A DNA stretch of 64,000 nucleotides from an uncultured Candidatus Saccharibacteria bacterium (GTDB taxonomy: Bacteria > Patescibacteriota > Minisyncoccia > UBA6257 > JACRHY01). The notes beneath the pieces are model-generated. The model saw nothing but the letters and a program-made list of their open reading frames with translations, was not told the DNA's origin and did not search any database. The DNA is taken from NCBI GenBank assembly GCA_964360035.1, contig CAYHUJ010000001.1:2176-66175 (forward strand), read 5' to 3'. Of this stretch, positions 1 to 8,898 are shown in pieces (the stretch's first letter is position 1; the number at the start of each line of letters is the position of its first letter). A program made the position numbers and the translations under genes.

Positions 1-600
1 AATTACTCTTTTGATTTTGTTACTGACCCAAATGAACAATACCTCGTCCTCGAAAAAAGCTATCTTGGTAAAGATGACTACGCTTTGGTAATTAAAGAAT
101 TAAATACTCTAAAAGATTTATTAGTACTGAACCTTAAAGACGTCCTTCGGCAACACCCCGACGTAATTCCGGGTAGCTTTGGTCTTGGAAGATGGAGCGA
201 TGATGGCAAATATCTTTACGGAGACATTTTCCAAGGCGCGTTAAGTACGGCATACTACGTAATCAAAGCGGAAACATGGAAAGTTGATATTTATGCGGCT
301 CCGTCAGACATTTTAGCAGGGGTGGAAAGGGCGATAAATTTCCAGAATTTGCACCTTGCATATGTAGATATTCCCACATTTACAGGATTTCAAGAAGTAT
401 ACGAACAAATCATCAAAGAAGCTAAACGCGAGGGAAAACTAAAAAATTTATTTGTCTATAATCTCCGTACCAAAGAAAAAATTAAGATTACCTCTGCTGA
501 TCCCGAGTGGAGATTTGATATTAACTGGCTCTCCGACACCGAACTTCAATATGAGTTACCAAGTGGCGAAAAGAAAATCTACAAAATCAATGAAAATTAA
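1..600 (+). CDS. Hypothetical protein, 5-prime end outside the window (reading frame open back to base 1); AT-rich gene
   Basis: The frame of ORF 85..600 has no stop back to position 1. This segment is about 38% GC against about 57% for most of the window. No recognisable motifs. Confidence 0.45.
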   Translation, partial: NYSFDFVTDPNEQYLVLEKSYLGKDDYALVIKELNTLKDLLVLNLKDVLRQHPDVIPGSFGLGRWSDDGKYLYGDIFQGALSTAYYVIKAETWKVDIYAAPSDILAGVERAINFQNLHLAYVDIPTFTGFQEVYEQIIKEAKREGKLKNLFVYNLRTKEKIKITSADPEWRFDINWLSDTELQYELPSGEKKIYKINEN

Positions 601-720
601 ATATATTCATCTAACTATCGCCATTATTGCGCCTCAACTATTTTTGAGCAATTTGGTTTTTGCGCGAATAAACCGATAAGCCATTTACATTTATATTTAT
701 TCAAGATAATTATTAATGTT

Positions 721-748
721 TTAAAAAAATCCCGCCGTCAGCGGCGGG
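721..748 (-). terminator. Rho-independent terminator for the small minus-strand ORF
   Basis: Hairpin CCCGCCG-TCAG-CGGCGGG at 731-748, followed on the minus strand by a T-run (plus-strand AAAAAAAT at 721-730). Confidence 0.4.
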
Positions 749-754
749 AAAAAC

Positions 755-889
755 TCACCCCTTTTTCATTTCCTGAAGCAGGCGGCTGATTTCTTCTTCA
801 ACCGCCGCGGCGACTTCCCGCCTGATTTTTTCCGCTTTCTTTTTTTCCAGCTCTCTTTTTCTCATCAACATCTCGTCCATTTTCGTCAT
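755..889 (-). CDS. Small 44-aa K/E-rich hypothetical protein (MTKMDEMLMRKRELEKKKAEKIRREVAAAVEEEISRLLQEMKKG)
   Basis: Hand-translated from the minus strand. It is preceded on that strand by a strong Shine-Dalgarno-like GGGGGGAGGAAAAC and followed by a hairpin terminator. It is below the 60-aa cutoff of the ORF track. Confidence 0.35.
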   Translation of the reverse strand: MTKMDEMLMRKRELEKKKAEKIRREVAAAVEEEISRLLQEMKKG

Positions 890-956
890 TGTTTTCCTCC
901 CCCCTCGTTCAAATCACGGGTTTTAAAACGCGCGGTTTTCTGTTAAAATAAGACGA

Positions 957-1994
957 ATGAAATACGACATTATTACAATCGGCACGGCGACGCGGGACGT
1001 TTTTTTGACCAGTCCGCTTTTTAAGGTTTTGACCGACGTGGCGCATCTGAAAAAAATCGGTTTTCCGACCGGAGAGGCGCAGTGTTTCGCTTTAGGCGGA
1101 AAAGTGGAAATCGACGCGCCGGTTTTGACGACCGGCGGCGGCGCGACCAACGCGGCGGTTACTTTCGGCCGGCAGGGTTTTAAAGCCGCCTGCCTCGCCA
1201 AAATCGGCGACGACGCGATTGCCGGCGACGTAGAAGCGGAGCTTGTGAAAGAGGGGGTAAAAACGATTCTGAAGCGATCGGCGGCAAAGAGCACCGCTTT
1301 TTCAACGATTCTTCTCGCGCCTTCCGGCGAGCGGACGATTTTGGTTTATCGGGGCGCTTCGGAAGATCTTCAAAAATCGGATTGCGCCGCGCTTCAAAAA
1401 ATCAAAAGCCGCTGGGCTTACTTCGTCCCAGGGGGAATCAAATTTGAAGTTATCGCGGGTTTGGCGGCGAAGCTCCGGCGCGCCGGCGTTCTTTTGGCGA
1501 TCAATCCGTCCAAGCCGTACATCCAAATGGGCGTCAAGAAGTTGAAGCCGCTTTTGGAGAAAATGAGCGTCGTTATTTTAAACCGCGAAGAGGCGGCATA
1601 TCTCGCCGGTTGCGATTACCGCGCCGAAGAAAAAATTTTTAAAGCGATGGACGCGATAGTGGACGGAATCGCGGTTGTTACCGACGGCCCGCGGGGCGTC
1701 AAAGTTTCCGACGGACGCGCGATTTATCAGGCGGGGATTTACAAAGAAAAAATCCTTGCCGACCGGACGGGGGCGGGCGACGCTTTCGGTTCGGGTTTTG
1801 TCGCCGGTTTGATGCGCGCCCGCGACTGCCGTCGGCCGACGGCAAGTGAAATTAAATACGCGATCCGCCTGGCTTCGGCCAACGCTACCGCCGTTGTGGA
1901 GAATATCGGCGCGAAAAAGGGGATTTTGACTCGCGGCGCTTTTGAGAAATCGCCGCATTGGCGCGATTTAAAAATTACCGAAAGGCCGTTATAA
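957..1994 (+). CDS. PfkB-family carbohydrate kinase (ribokinase/fructokinase-like)
   Basis: The GGGATN motif and the C-terminal DRTGAGDAFGSGF motif are the two PfkB signatures. Confidence 0.85.
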   Translation: MKYDIITIGTATRDVFLTSPLFKVLTDVAHLKKIGFPTGEAQCFALGGKVEIDAPVLTTGGGATNAAVTFGRQGFKAACLAKIGDDAIAGDVEAELVKEGVKTILKRSAAKSTAFSTILLAPSGERTILVYRGASEDLQKSDCAALQKIKSRWAYFVPGGIKFEVIAGLAAKLRRAGVLLAINPSKPYIQMGVKKLKPLLEKMSVVILNREEAAYLAGCDYRAEEKIFKAMDAIVDGIAVVTDGPRGVKVSDGRAIYQAGIYKEKILADRTGAGDAFGSGFVAGLMRARDCRRPTASEIKYAIRLASANATAVVENIGAKKGILTRGAFEKSPHWRDLKITERPL

Positions 1995-2004
1995 TATTCA
2001 AACT

Positions 2005-3279
2005 ATGATAAACGACGAAAAAGCGGCGAAGCTGGCGAAGATTCTTCGCGTTGACCAGCGCGCTTTGGCCGAAATAAACGATTTAATGGAAGCCGCGACG
2101 GGAAAAAGCGGCGTTTTGGATGTTGTTTATGATGAAAATGAAACGTTGGCGCAGAAAGCGCTTGATAATTTGGGATTGGGCCGGAAAGTGCCGGCGGTGG
2201 AAGTGTACGACGCCCTGATCAGCAAGATAGAAGCCGACGATCTGGCGATTTTCAACGCGCTGGACCGTCCCGATTTGAACGAACCGGCGGATTGCCAGCG
2301 CGTGATTGACCTTGCCTCTAAAATTACGCCGGTGGGAAAAGGTTTTTTCCTGAAAAGAGAAATCGCCGAACGTTTTATTCTGAACGAGCCGCCGCGAAAA
2401 ATGATGGAATGCCGCGGTTATTCAACGGCTTCCGATCTGGTGGCAAACGAGGACATGCTGGAAGTCTTCGCCGCTTTGCGGATGGTGGAAGACCCCGGCT
2501 GGCTCAATAACGTTTTTTTCAAGCAGTACGAAAATCTCACCCCCGACGATTTTGAAGAGCGCGACATAAACGCGCGGGCGCTCCATAAAGAATGCGCGGT
2601 GATGGCGGAAAAATTCGTCAAGAAAAAATATCACAATATCAGCCACTTGAAAGAGCTGGGTGCCGTTTTCGTCATTCCGGTGGCGCTGGGAATTTCAGGA
2701 GAAATCATCCGCTCGGTTTCGCTCCTGGCGCACTACTTCAACGAGGTGAAGTTTTATTCGAACTTGTTCCGCTATTTCTCGTTAAACCGCAAGACCTTCG
2801 CGCAAAACGTCATTTCGCTCTTGCGGGGCGACGTCATTGAAGAACGCCTGCCGATTTTTCCCAAAGAACTGCGCCGGCCACGCTGGCTGATCGTCCAGCG
2901 CTATCTGGCCAAGGGAGATCCGAACGACTGGCGACTTTTTGAACCGCACGTCAATCCGGAGGCGCTGCACTGGCAGAAAGCGGAGCGGGGGATAAACGAC
3001 ATTGCCGAAGTAATGCCTCATTTTCGCAACGGCTTGGATTTTTGGAAAGAATTGGGATTCGTCGGCGATTTTTTCCAGACCGAAAGCGGCATTCCCGTTT
3101 TGGTGAGCTTCAACCTCGTTGACACGGCGATGTCGCTGGTTAAAGAAAAGGAGTTGTCAAAATATCTTTATCATCACCAGGAGGCGATGTGGAACAGGAT
3201 TTTTACGGAGTTTATGGGCGAAAAGAAAATGGACGAACTTATTCGCGACAACATCATTAAAGGATATTTTGAACTGTAA
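2005..3279 (+). CDS. Hypothetical protein (424 aa), conserved position between a sugar kinase and an aldolase
   Basis: Long ORF with core-genome codon bias and no recognisable catalytic motifs. Confidence 0.6.
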   Translation: MINDEKAAKLAKILRVDQRALAEINDLMEAATGKSGVLDVVYDENETLAQKALDNLGLGRKVPAVEVYDALISKIEADDLAIFNALDRPDLNEPADCQRVIDLASKITPVGKGFFLKREIAERFILNEPPRKMMECRGYSTASDLVANEDMLEVFAALRMVEDPGWLNNVFFKQYENLTPDDFEERDINARALHKECAVMAEKFVKKKYHNISHLKELGAVFVIPVALGISGEIIRSVSLLAHYFNEVKFYSNLFRYFSLNRKTFAQNVISLLRGDVIEERLPIFPKELRRPRWLIVQRYLAKGDPNDWRLFEPHVNPEALHWQKAERGINDIAEVMPHFRNGLDFWKELGFVGDFFQTESGIPVLVSFNLVDTAMSLVKEKELSKYLYHHQEAMWNRIFTEFMGEKKMDELIRDNIIKGYFEL

Positions 3280-3298
3280 TCCTCCCGATTTTTATCTT

Positions 3299-4165
3299 AT
3301 GTTTTTGCTTGACGTCATAAAAGAAACCGAAAAAAAGAAAGCCGCCGTCGGCCATTTCAACATTTCCGATCTCGCCGCCTTGAAGGCGATTTTTGCCTCC
3401 GCCAAGTCGCTGTCTTTGCCGGTTATCATCGGCGTTTCCGAAGGCGAGGCGGATTTCATCGGCCGGAAGCAGGCGGCGGCTTTAGTGAGCGGCCTGCGAG
3501 AGGAATACGGCTGGCCGATATTTTTAAATTCCGACCACACGCATTCGTTCGCGAAAATCAAAGAAGCGGTCGCGGCGGGATTTGACGCCGTTTTGTTTGA
3601 CGGCAGTAAATTGCCTTTTGAAGAAAACGTCAAAGCGACCAGGGAAGTCGTGGAGTACGTCAAGGGCGTCAATGAAAAAATCGTCGTGGAGGGGGAAATC
3701 GGCTACATCGGCGGCTCGTCGCAGATTTTAAAAGAAATTCCGGCGGGGGCGGCTATTCGCGACGAGGATTTAACGACGCCGGAAGAAGCCGAGCGGTTTG
3801 TCAAAGAAACGGGCGTTGATCTGCTGTCGCCGGCGGTCGGCAATATCCACGGAATGTTCAAAAACGCGCCCAATCCGCGTTTGAATATCGGCAATATTGA
3901 AAAAATAAAAAAAGCCGGCGGCGTTCCGCTGGTGCTGCACGGCGGTTCGGGCATCAGAGACGACGATTTTCGGGCGGCGATAGCGGCCGGAATTTCCATC
4001 ATCCATATCAATACGGAGATCCGGCTGGCGTGGCGGCAAGCTTTGGAAAAGTCGCTTAAGGAAAATCCCGAAGAGATCTCCCCTTATAAAATTTTACCGG
4101 CGGCCGTTGAGGGCGTGAGGGCGGTGGTGGAAGAAAGGTTGAAATTATTCAACGGGCTGGTATAA
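3299..4165 (+). CDS. fba: Class II fructose/tagatose-bisphosphate aldolase
   Basis: HFNISDL, LNSDHTHS, VEGEIG and LHGGSG motifs. The ORF-track start at 3119 would overlap the upstream gene by 160 nt, so the ATG at 3299 (MFLLDV...) is preferred. Confidence 0.85.
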   Translation: MFLLDVIKETEKKKAAVGHFNISDLAALKAIFASAKSLSLPVIIGVSEGEADFIGRKQAAALVSGLREEYGWPIFLNSDHTHSFAKIKEAVAAGFDAVLFDGSKLPFEENVKATREVVEYVKGVNEKIVVEGEIGYIGGSSQILKEIPAGAAIRDEDLTTPEEAERFVKETGVDLLSPAVGNIHGMFKNAPNPRLNIGNIEKIKKAGGVPLVLHGGSGIRDDDFRAAIAAGISIIHINTEIRLAWRQALEKSLKENPEEISPYKILPAAVEGVRAVVEERLKLFNGLV

Positions 4166-4235
4166 TGGCGATATCGCCGAATAACGGTTATTTTGGGTCT
4201 TTTCGGGTTTAATATTAACGACAAATCGCATTTAT

Positions 4236-4889
4236 ATGGAATTAAAAGTTCAAAAAAGAGAAAAATTCGGGAAGCAACTGGCGGCTTTGAGGAAAAGCGG
4301 CCTTTTGCCGGCGGAGCTTTATGGCCACGGCATCGGCAATCTTCATTTAAGCGTTCCGGCCAAAGAATTCGCCAAAATTTTCAAAGAAGCGGGAGAAAAC
4401 TCCGTCATTGATTTGCTGATTGACGGCGAAAAGCGGCCAGTGATGATTTATGACGTGGATGTTGATCCGCTGAAAAACGAACCGCGGCACGTTGATTTTC
4501 ATCAGGTGAGAATGGACGAGAAAATCAAAGCCGAAGTGCCGCTCGGCTTTATCGGCGAGTCGCCGGCGGTGAAAGAAAAAGGCGGCGTGCTTATCAAAGC
4601 CCTTCACGAAATAAAAGTGGAGGCGCTTCCGGCGGATATTCCGCATGTCGTGGAGGTAAACTTGGGGGCGCTGACTGAAATCGGTGCGGCTATTCATATC
4701 AGAGATCTGGATTTGCGGACGGTCGGCAAAGTGAAGATTTTGGACGAAGCGGACGCCGTTATCGCGACCGTTTCCGCTCCGGTCGTTGAAGAAGAGGCGC
4801 CGGTTGTCGAAGCGGCTCCCGAAATCGTCGTCACCGAAGGAGAAGAGAAGCGCGCCCAAAAAGAAAAAGAAAAAGAGGTCGCGGAGTAA
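4236..4889 (+). CDS. rplY: 50S ribosomal protein L25 / general stress protein Ctc
   Basis: N-terminal MELKVQKREKFGK...LR.SG.LPAELYG pattern with an acidic C-terminal tail. Confidence 0.85.
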   Translation: MELKVQKREKFGKQLAALRKSGLLPAELYGHGIGNLHLSVPAKEFAKIFKEAGENSVIDLLIDGEKRPVMIYDVDVDPLKNEPRHVDFHQVRMDEKIKAEVPLGFIGESPAVKEKGGVLIKALHEIKVEALPADIPHVVEVNLGALTEIGAAIHIRDLDLRTVGKVKILDEADAVIATVSAPVVEEEAPVVEAAPEIVVTEGEEKRAQKEKEKEVAE

Positions 4890-4930
4890 GACGGTCGCGC
4901 GCTCCGGAGATTTATGAGCCCGCTTTTACA

Positions 4931-6433
4931 ATGACGAGACAGAAACCGAGAGTCGTAATGGATGTTCGCGGCAACGCGGATCCCTCCGTTTTTCGCGGGC
5001 GTCTTTTCCGGGTTAATTTATCATTTTCTTCTTTCAGCTTCCCGAAGGTTTTTACCGCTCTCAGCCGCGCGGGCCGCTGGCTTGTCGTCGCTTTTTCGCT
5101 GTCGGTTCTTTTATTCGGTTCGGTCAGCGCTCCGGTAGGCAATAATTTATTTACTTTAGCGGCCCAGCAGGACGACGAAGAAAGGAAAAATTTGGAAAAA
5201 CAGCTTTCCGAACTGGAGTCGCAGATGGACGAATACGAAACCGTCATCGGCAGCTACCGGAAGCAGGGGAGCAGTTTAAAATCGGAAATCAAGCTTCTTG
5301 ACGCTAAAATGGCCAAATTGAATCTTCAAATTAAAGCCGTTAAATTATCCATCGCGAAATTGGACGAGGAGATAACGATCACCAAGGGAAGAATAGTCCA
5401 GACGGAAAGCGAAATTGATTTCCGCAAATCCGCCATTGCCCGGATTCTGAAAGATATTTATGAAAATGACGGCAAGGGGTTGATGGAGATTCTTTTGATG
5501 AGCGACAAGCTGTCCGATTTTTTCGGCGACATCAATGATCTTTTGGCCGTTCAGGATAATTTAAGAGTGGCTCTGGAGCAGGTTGAAGAATTGCGGCTGT
5601 CCTTACTGGAACAAAAGAGCGAGCTCTCACTGGAACGTTCCGACGCTTTTGCTCTGAAAGAATACAACGACCGCCAGAAGGAAGCGGTAAACGCCACGAA
5701 GTCGGAAAAGGACAATCTGCTGAAAATCACCAAGGGACAGCAGGCCAAATACGAGGAAATGCTGGAGCAGACGAAAAAAGTCGCCGCGGAAATCAGAAGC
5801 CGGATTTTCCGCCTTTTGGGTGGCGGTGAATTGCCGTTCGGGGAAGCGGTAAAACTGGCGCAAGTGGCCGAAAAGGCCATCGGCGTGCGCGCCGCTCTCG
5901 TTCTTTCCGTTCTCACGCAGGAATCCGCCGTTGACGGCGTTATTGGGCGCAATCTTGGAAAATGCTATTACAATGACAAGCGCGATAACGCGAGCGGAAC
6001 GGTGATGAGCAACGGCCAAAAAACCGCCTTTTTGGCGCTGATGCAAGAGCTTGGCCTGGATCCGGAAAAGACGCCCGTTTCCTGCCCGATCGCTTCCGAC
6101 GGCGCCTACGGAGGCGCGATGGGGCCGGCGCAGTTTATGCCGGCTACCTGGGATTTATACAAAGACGCGGTGGGCGGAATTACCGGCGGCAGCCCGCCTT
6201 CTCCTTTCAATAATTTGGACGCTTTCACCGCGACGTCGCTTTATCTCAAAAACGGCCTGGACGGCTGCCGTCAGACGTACAAAACCGATTTTTCCCAGGA
6301 AAACTGCGCCGCCGCCAAATATTACGCCGGCAAAAACTGGCGTTCGTATATGAGCGTCGGCCGGTATGGCTATCGCGTCGCCGAGCGGGCGGTCAAAATC
6401 CAGCAGGACATTGACTTGATTGAAGCCAATTAA
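4931..6433 (+). CDS. Coiled-coil protein with a C-terminal lytic transglycosylase (SLT-like) domain
   Basis: A signal/TM segment, a long heptad-rich coiled coil, then a LTQESA...GPAQFMP SLT catalytic-core pattern. The start is uncertain (ATG at 4931 or 4958). Confidence 0.6.
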   Translation: MTRQKPRVVMDVRGNADPSVFRGRLFRVNLSFSSFSFPKVFTALSRAGRWLVVAFSLSVLLFGSVSAPVGNNLFTLAAQQDDEERKNLEKQLSELESQMDEYETVIGSYRKQGSSLKSEIKLLDAKMAKLNLQIKAVKLSIAKLDEEITITKGRIVQTESEIDFRKSAIARILKDIYENDGKGLMEILLMSDKLSDFFGDINDLLAVQDNLRVALEQVEELRLSLLEQKSELSLERSDAFALKEYNDRQKEAVNATKSEKDNLLKITKGQQAKYEEMLEQTKKVAAEIRSRIFRLLGGGELPFGEAVKLAQVAEKAIGVRAALVLSVLTQESAVDGVIGRNLGKCYYNDKRDNASGTVMSNGQKTAFLALMQELGLDPEKTPVSCPIASDGAYGGAMGPAQFMPATWDLYKDAVGGITGGSPPSPFNNLDAFTATSLYLKNGLDGCRQTYKTDFSQENCAAAKYYAGKNWRSYMSVGRYGYRVAERAVKIQQDIDLIEAN

Positions 6434-6451
6434 AAAGCGGAAGAGGTTGCT

Positions 6452-7033
6452 TCAATCTTTGATTTTTTTGATGCCGACCCAGATAAGGGCGGCGAGCGAA
6501 AATCCCAGAATTACAAAGCGCAGATAATCGTCCATCTGCGACCAGTATTTCGCCGTTCCGACAAGAATCGCCAAAAGTCCTCCAAAAGTGAACCCCAAAG
6601 AAACCGCTTCGGCCGTCGTTAAAATGATTCCGCCGGCGAGAGCGGCTACTCCGATGATCACCCAAACAAGAAAAACGTTTCTTCGGTAAAGATTATCGGC
6701 GGCTTCAAATTCCTTTCCGCACCGGTAGGCGGTGTCGCACCATCCATTCTGCCGGGGATAAAGAGTGGGAGCCGGCGCCGCTTCCGGATAGGCGGGAACG
6801 GCTTTCAGGGGCACCGGTTCGCCGAATTCCCGGTTGTCGTTCCATCGCTCGCCAGCCTCTTCGCATGATTCTTGATCGGTATGCTGACGAGCCGCTTTTT
6901 CTCCGCAAAAGTCGCCCCAGACGGGCTGTTTTTTATAAAGCGTGTCTATGCCGTAATTGACGAAAAGATTAAATACGACGACTATGGCCAGAACGAGGGC
7001 CGTTTTTTTGAAATTTATTTGCGGCAGTTGCAT
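6452..7033 (-). CDS. Hypothetical membrane protein
   Basis: N-terminal TM segment plus two C-terminal TM segments; Cys/Trp-rich middle region. Confidence 0.5.
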   Translation of the reverse strand: MQLPQINFKKTALVLAIVVVFNLFVNYGIDTLYKKQPVWGDFCGEKAARQHTDQESCEEAGERWNDNREFGEPVPLKAVPAYPEAAPAPTLYPRQNGWCDTAYRCGKEFEAADNLYRRNVFLVWVIIGVAALAGGIILTTAEAVSLGFTFGGLLAILVGTAKYWSQMDDYLRFVILGFSLAALIWVGIKKIKD

Positions 7034-7034
7034 A

Positions 7035-7691
7035 TTATTTTTCTTCTATTGAAACGGATGTTAATTTTACGGGATTGACCGGCGTCGATTTTTCGCCGAG
7101 AGAGTTCGTTTTAACCGGCGCCTGCGCTATGTTATCAACGGCTTCCATTCCGCTGACGACCCGTCCGAAAATTACGTAGCTTTTCGGCAGGGGATAATCC
7201 CGGTGCATTATGAAAAACTGGCTGCCGTTCGTGTTCGGACCGGCGTTCGCCATCGCCACGATACCGCGGGAATAATCGCGGGTTATTTTTTCATCGGCAA
7301 AGCGGTAACCCGGACCGCCGGTGCCGTCTCCTTTCGGATCGCCGCCCTGAATCATGAAGCCGCTGATGGCTCGGTGGAAAATCGTGCCGTCGTAAAATCC
7401 TTGTCGCGCCAGAAAAACAAAATTATTTGCCGCTATGGGTGTTTCGGCGGAGAATAATTCTATTTTCGCGTCGCCCTCGGAGGTTTTTAAGGTCGCGAAA
7501 TAGCGCTTGTCGGCGTCAATTTCCATTTTCGGCGGCTGGTTCCACTGCATATTTGTTGTTTCTATTAATTGGTTATGGCTTGACGCGCCGTTCGCCGGCG
7601 CGCTGTTTTTTGGAGCAAGATAAATTTTTGATCCCGCTATCGCGGCGGCGGTTATCAAGGCGATTGCGGCGTATTTTATCCATCCGTTCAT
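7035..7691 (-). CDS. ppiB: Peptidyl-prolyl cis-trans isomerase, cyclophilin type, secreted
   Basis: FHRAISGFMIQGGDP and GSQFFI cyclophilin motifs, with an N-terminal signal/TM segment. Confidence 0.85.
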   Translation of the reverse strand: MNGWIKYAAIALITAAAIAGSKIYLAPKNSAPANGASSHNQLIETTNMQWNQPPKMEIDADKRYFATLKTSEGDAKIELFSAETPIAANNFVFLARQGFYDGTIFHRAISGFMIQGGDPKGDGTGGPGYRFADEKITRDYSRGIVAMANAGPNTNGSQFFIMHRDYPLPKSYVIFGRVVSGMEAVDNIAQAPVKTNSLGEKSTPVNPVKLTSVSIEEK

Positions 7692-8008
7692 TTTCCGCGC
7701 GTTTTTTCCGTATCATCGGCGGAAGGGTAAACGTCCCCGTTTTTCTTGATTTGTTCGTCTTCGTAGGGAGCGGCGAAGCGGCGGTAAAATTCCTCCCCGA
7801 TGTTTTTAAAAACGCCGCTGATAAGGGCGATCGCCCAGTAGCGTTTTTCCGGAATAGTTTGAAGCGCGAGCTTCGTACAGGCGTAATTTAACAAGCCGGC
7901 GAACGTTTTTTCGTCCCCCGTTTCTTTCGCCACGGCGTTTATTTCTTCGGCGAGTTTGGCGATGCGCGGATCCAGGCGATTTCGGTTGTTTTGGCTGATG
8001 TAAGGCAT
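7688..8008 (-). CDS. Hypothetical protein (106 aa)
   Basis: ORF with a 4-nt overlap onto ppiB, which suggests an operon. No motif recognised. Confidence 0.5.
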   Translation of the reverse strand: MPYISQNNRNRLDPRIAKLAEEINAVAKETGDEKTFAGLLNYACTKLALQTIPEKRYWAIALISGVFKNIGEEFYRRFAAPYEDEQIKKNGDVYPSADDTEKTRGK

Positions 8009-8091
8009 AATTTACGGAGATAAGTTATCCACAGTCGTTATTTTACTTGAATTTTATTTTTTGGTAAAGTTAAGCGGTTAATAATAAAAAG

Positions 8092-8150
8092 CTCCGCGTG
8101 TGAGGCGCGGGGTTTTTTGTTTTTGGCGGCGGTCGCATTCCGCCGCCGCA
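8092..8150. other. Two GC hairpins immediately left of the REP/RAYT unit (CCGCG-N7-CGCGG plus a T-run; GCGGCGG-N-CCGCCGC)
   Basis: Inverted repeats read directly at 8094-8124 and 8126-8150. No gene ends here on either strand, so they are not an ordinary gene terminator. They may belong to the mobile-element end. Confidence 0.3.
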
Positions 8151-8154
8151 TTCT

Positions 8155-8183
8155 AATCTTCGGACGTCGGACGTCCGAAGATT
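8155..8183. repeat. REP-A: 29-bp palindromic element AATCTTCGGACGTCGGACGTCCGAAGATT
   Basis: Perfect 14-bp arms around a central G. Contains the TCGGACGTCCGA core with an AatII site (GACGTC). Inverted copy of REP-C. Confidence 0.8.
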
Positions 8184-8208
8184 CTTGAATTGTGGTATCA
8201 TTACTTTT

Positions 8209-8898
8209 ATGGAAATTTATCATGTTCTTGACAGGGGAGTTGATAAAAGAAAAATATTTTTAGACAAAGAAGATTATTTTCGTTTTATTCACGATTTATT
8301 TGAATTTAACGATAAAGAAAATGCCGATCTCGCTTCCTATGTCTTTAATAAGCAATATTCGGACGTCCGACGTCCGAATATTGAAATTGGAAGGACTGAT
8401 CGCAAACCGAGGAAATTATTGGTGAAAATACACGCTTTTTGTTTAATGTCGAACCATTACCATTTATTACTTACGCCGGCCGTAGAAAACGGGATCGCTC
8501 TTTTTATGAAAAAAATCAACGGCGGATATGTAAAGTATTTTAATGAAAAATATGAAAGAAAAGGGACCTTATTTGAAGGGAAATATAAAAGAATTATAAT
8601 TAAAAATGAGGCGCATTTTATTCATCTGCCTTATTATATTCATTTAAACCCTCTTGATTTGGCGGCGCCGGAGTGGCGAGAGCGGAAAATTAAAAATTAT
8701 AAAAAAGCGATAAATTTTTTGGAATCTTATCGTTGGAGTAGTTACCTTGACTACATCGGCAAGAAAAACTTTCCGTCCGTTACCCAAAGAGAGTTTTTGA
8801 TGAATTTCTTTGAAAGTCCTAAACAATACAAAGAAAATATGATAAAGTATTTAGAGGAATTAGGTTTAGAAGAAATTAAAGATGTTTATTTGGAATAA
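8209..8898 (+). CDS. REP-associated tyrosine transposase (RAYT) / IS200-like Y1 HuH transposase
   Basis: N-terminal YHV.DRGVDKRKIFLDKEDY, the HuH motif SNHYHLLL, and the catalytic-Tyr region RKGTLFEGKYKRII. The ATG at 8209 (MEIYHV...) fits the family N-terminus better than the TTG at 8185. Confidence 0.75.
   Translation: MEIYHVLDRGVDKRKIFLDKEDYFRFIHDLFEFNDKENADLASYVFNKQYSDVRRPNIEIGRTDRKPRKLLVKIHAFCLMSNHYHLLLTPAVENGIALFMKKINGGYVKYFNEKYERKGTLFEGKYKRIIIKNEAHFIHLPYYIHLNPLDLAAPEWRERKIKNYKKAINFLESYRWSSYLDYIGKKNFPSVTQREFLMNFFESPKQYKENMIKYLEELGLEEIKDVYLE
8354..8382. repeat. REP-B: AATATTCGGACGTCCGACGTCCGAATATT, in-frame inside the RAYT gene (encodes YSDVRRPNI)
   Basis: Perfect 14-bp arms. Same core as REP-A/C but the flanks are AATATT instead of AATCTT. 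Confidence 0.8.

Noticed and set aside
452-679. 75-aa ORF overlapping the end of the first gene
   Set aside because: It sits in an alternative frame of an AT-rich gene and runs into the intergenic region; no support.
3119-3298. Upstream extension of the aldolase ORF to 3119
   Set aside because: It would overlap the preceding gene by 160 nt. The family N-terminus begins at the ATG at 3299.
8038-8223. ORF 8038..8223 (-)
   Set aside because: It spans REP-A and the GC hairpins left of the RAYT gene. Its translation (SDVRRPKIRMRRR) is repeat-derived.
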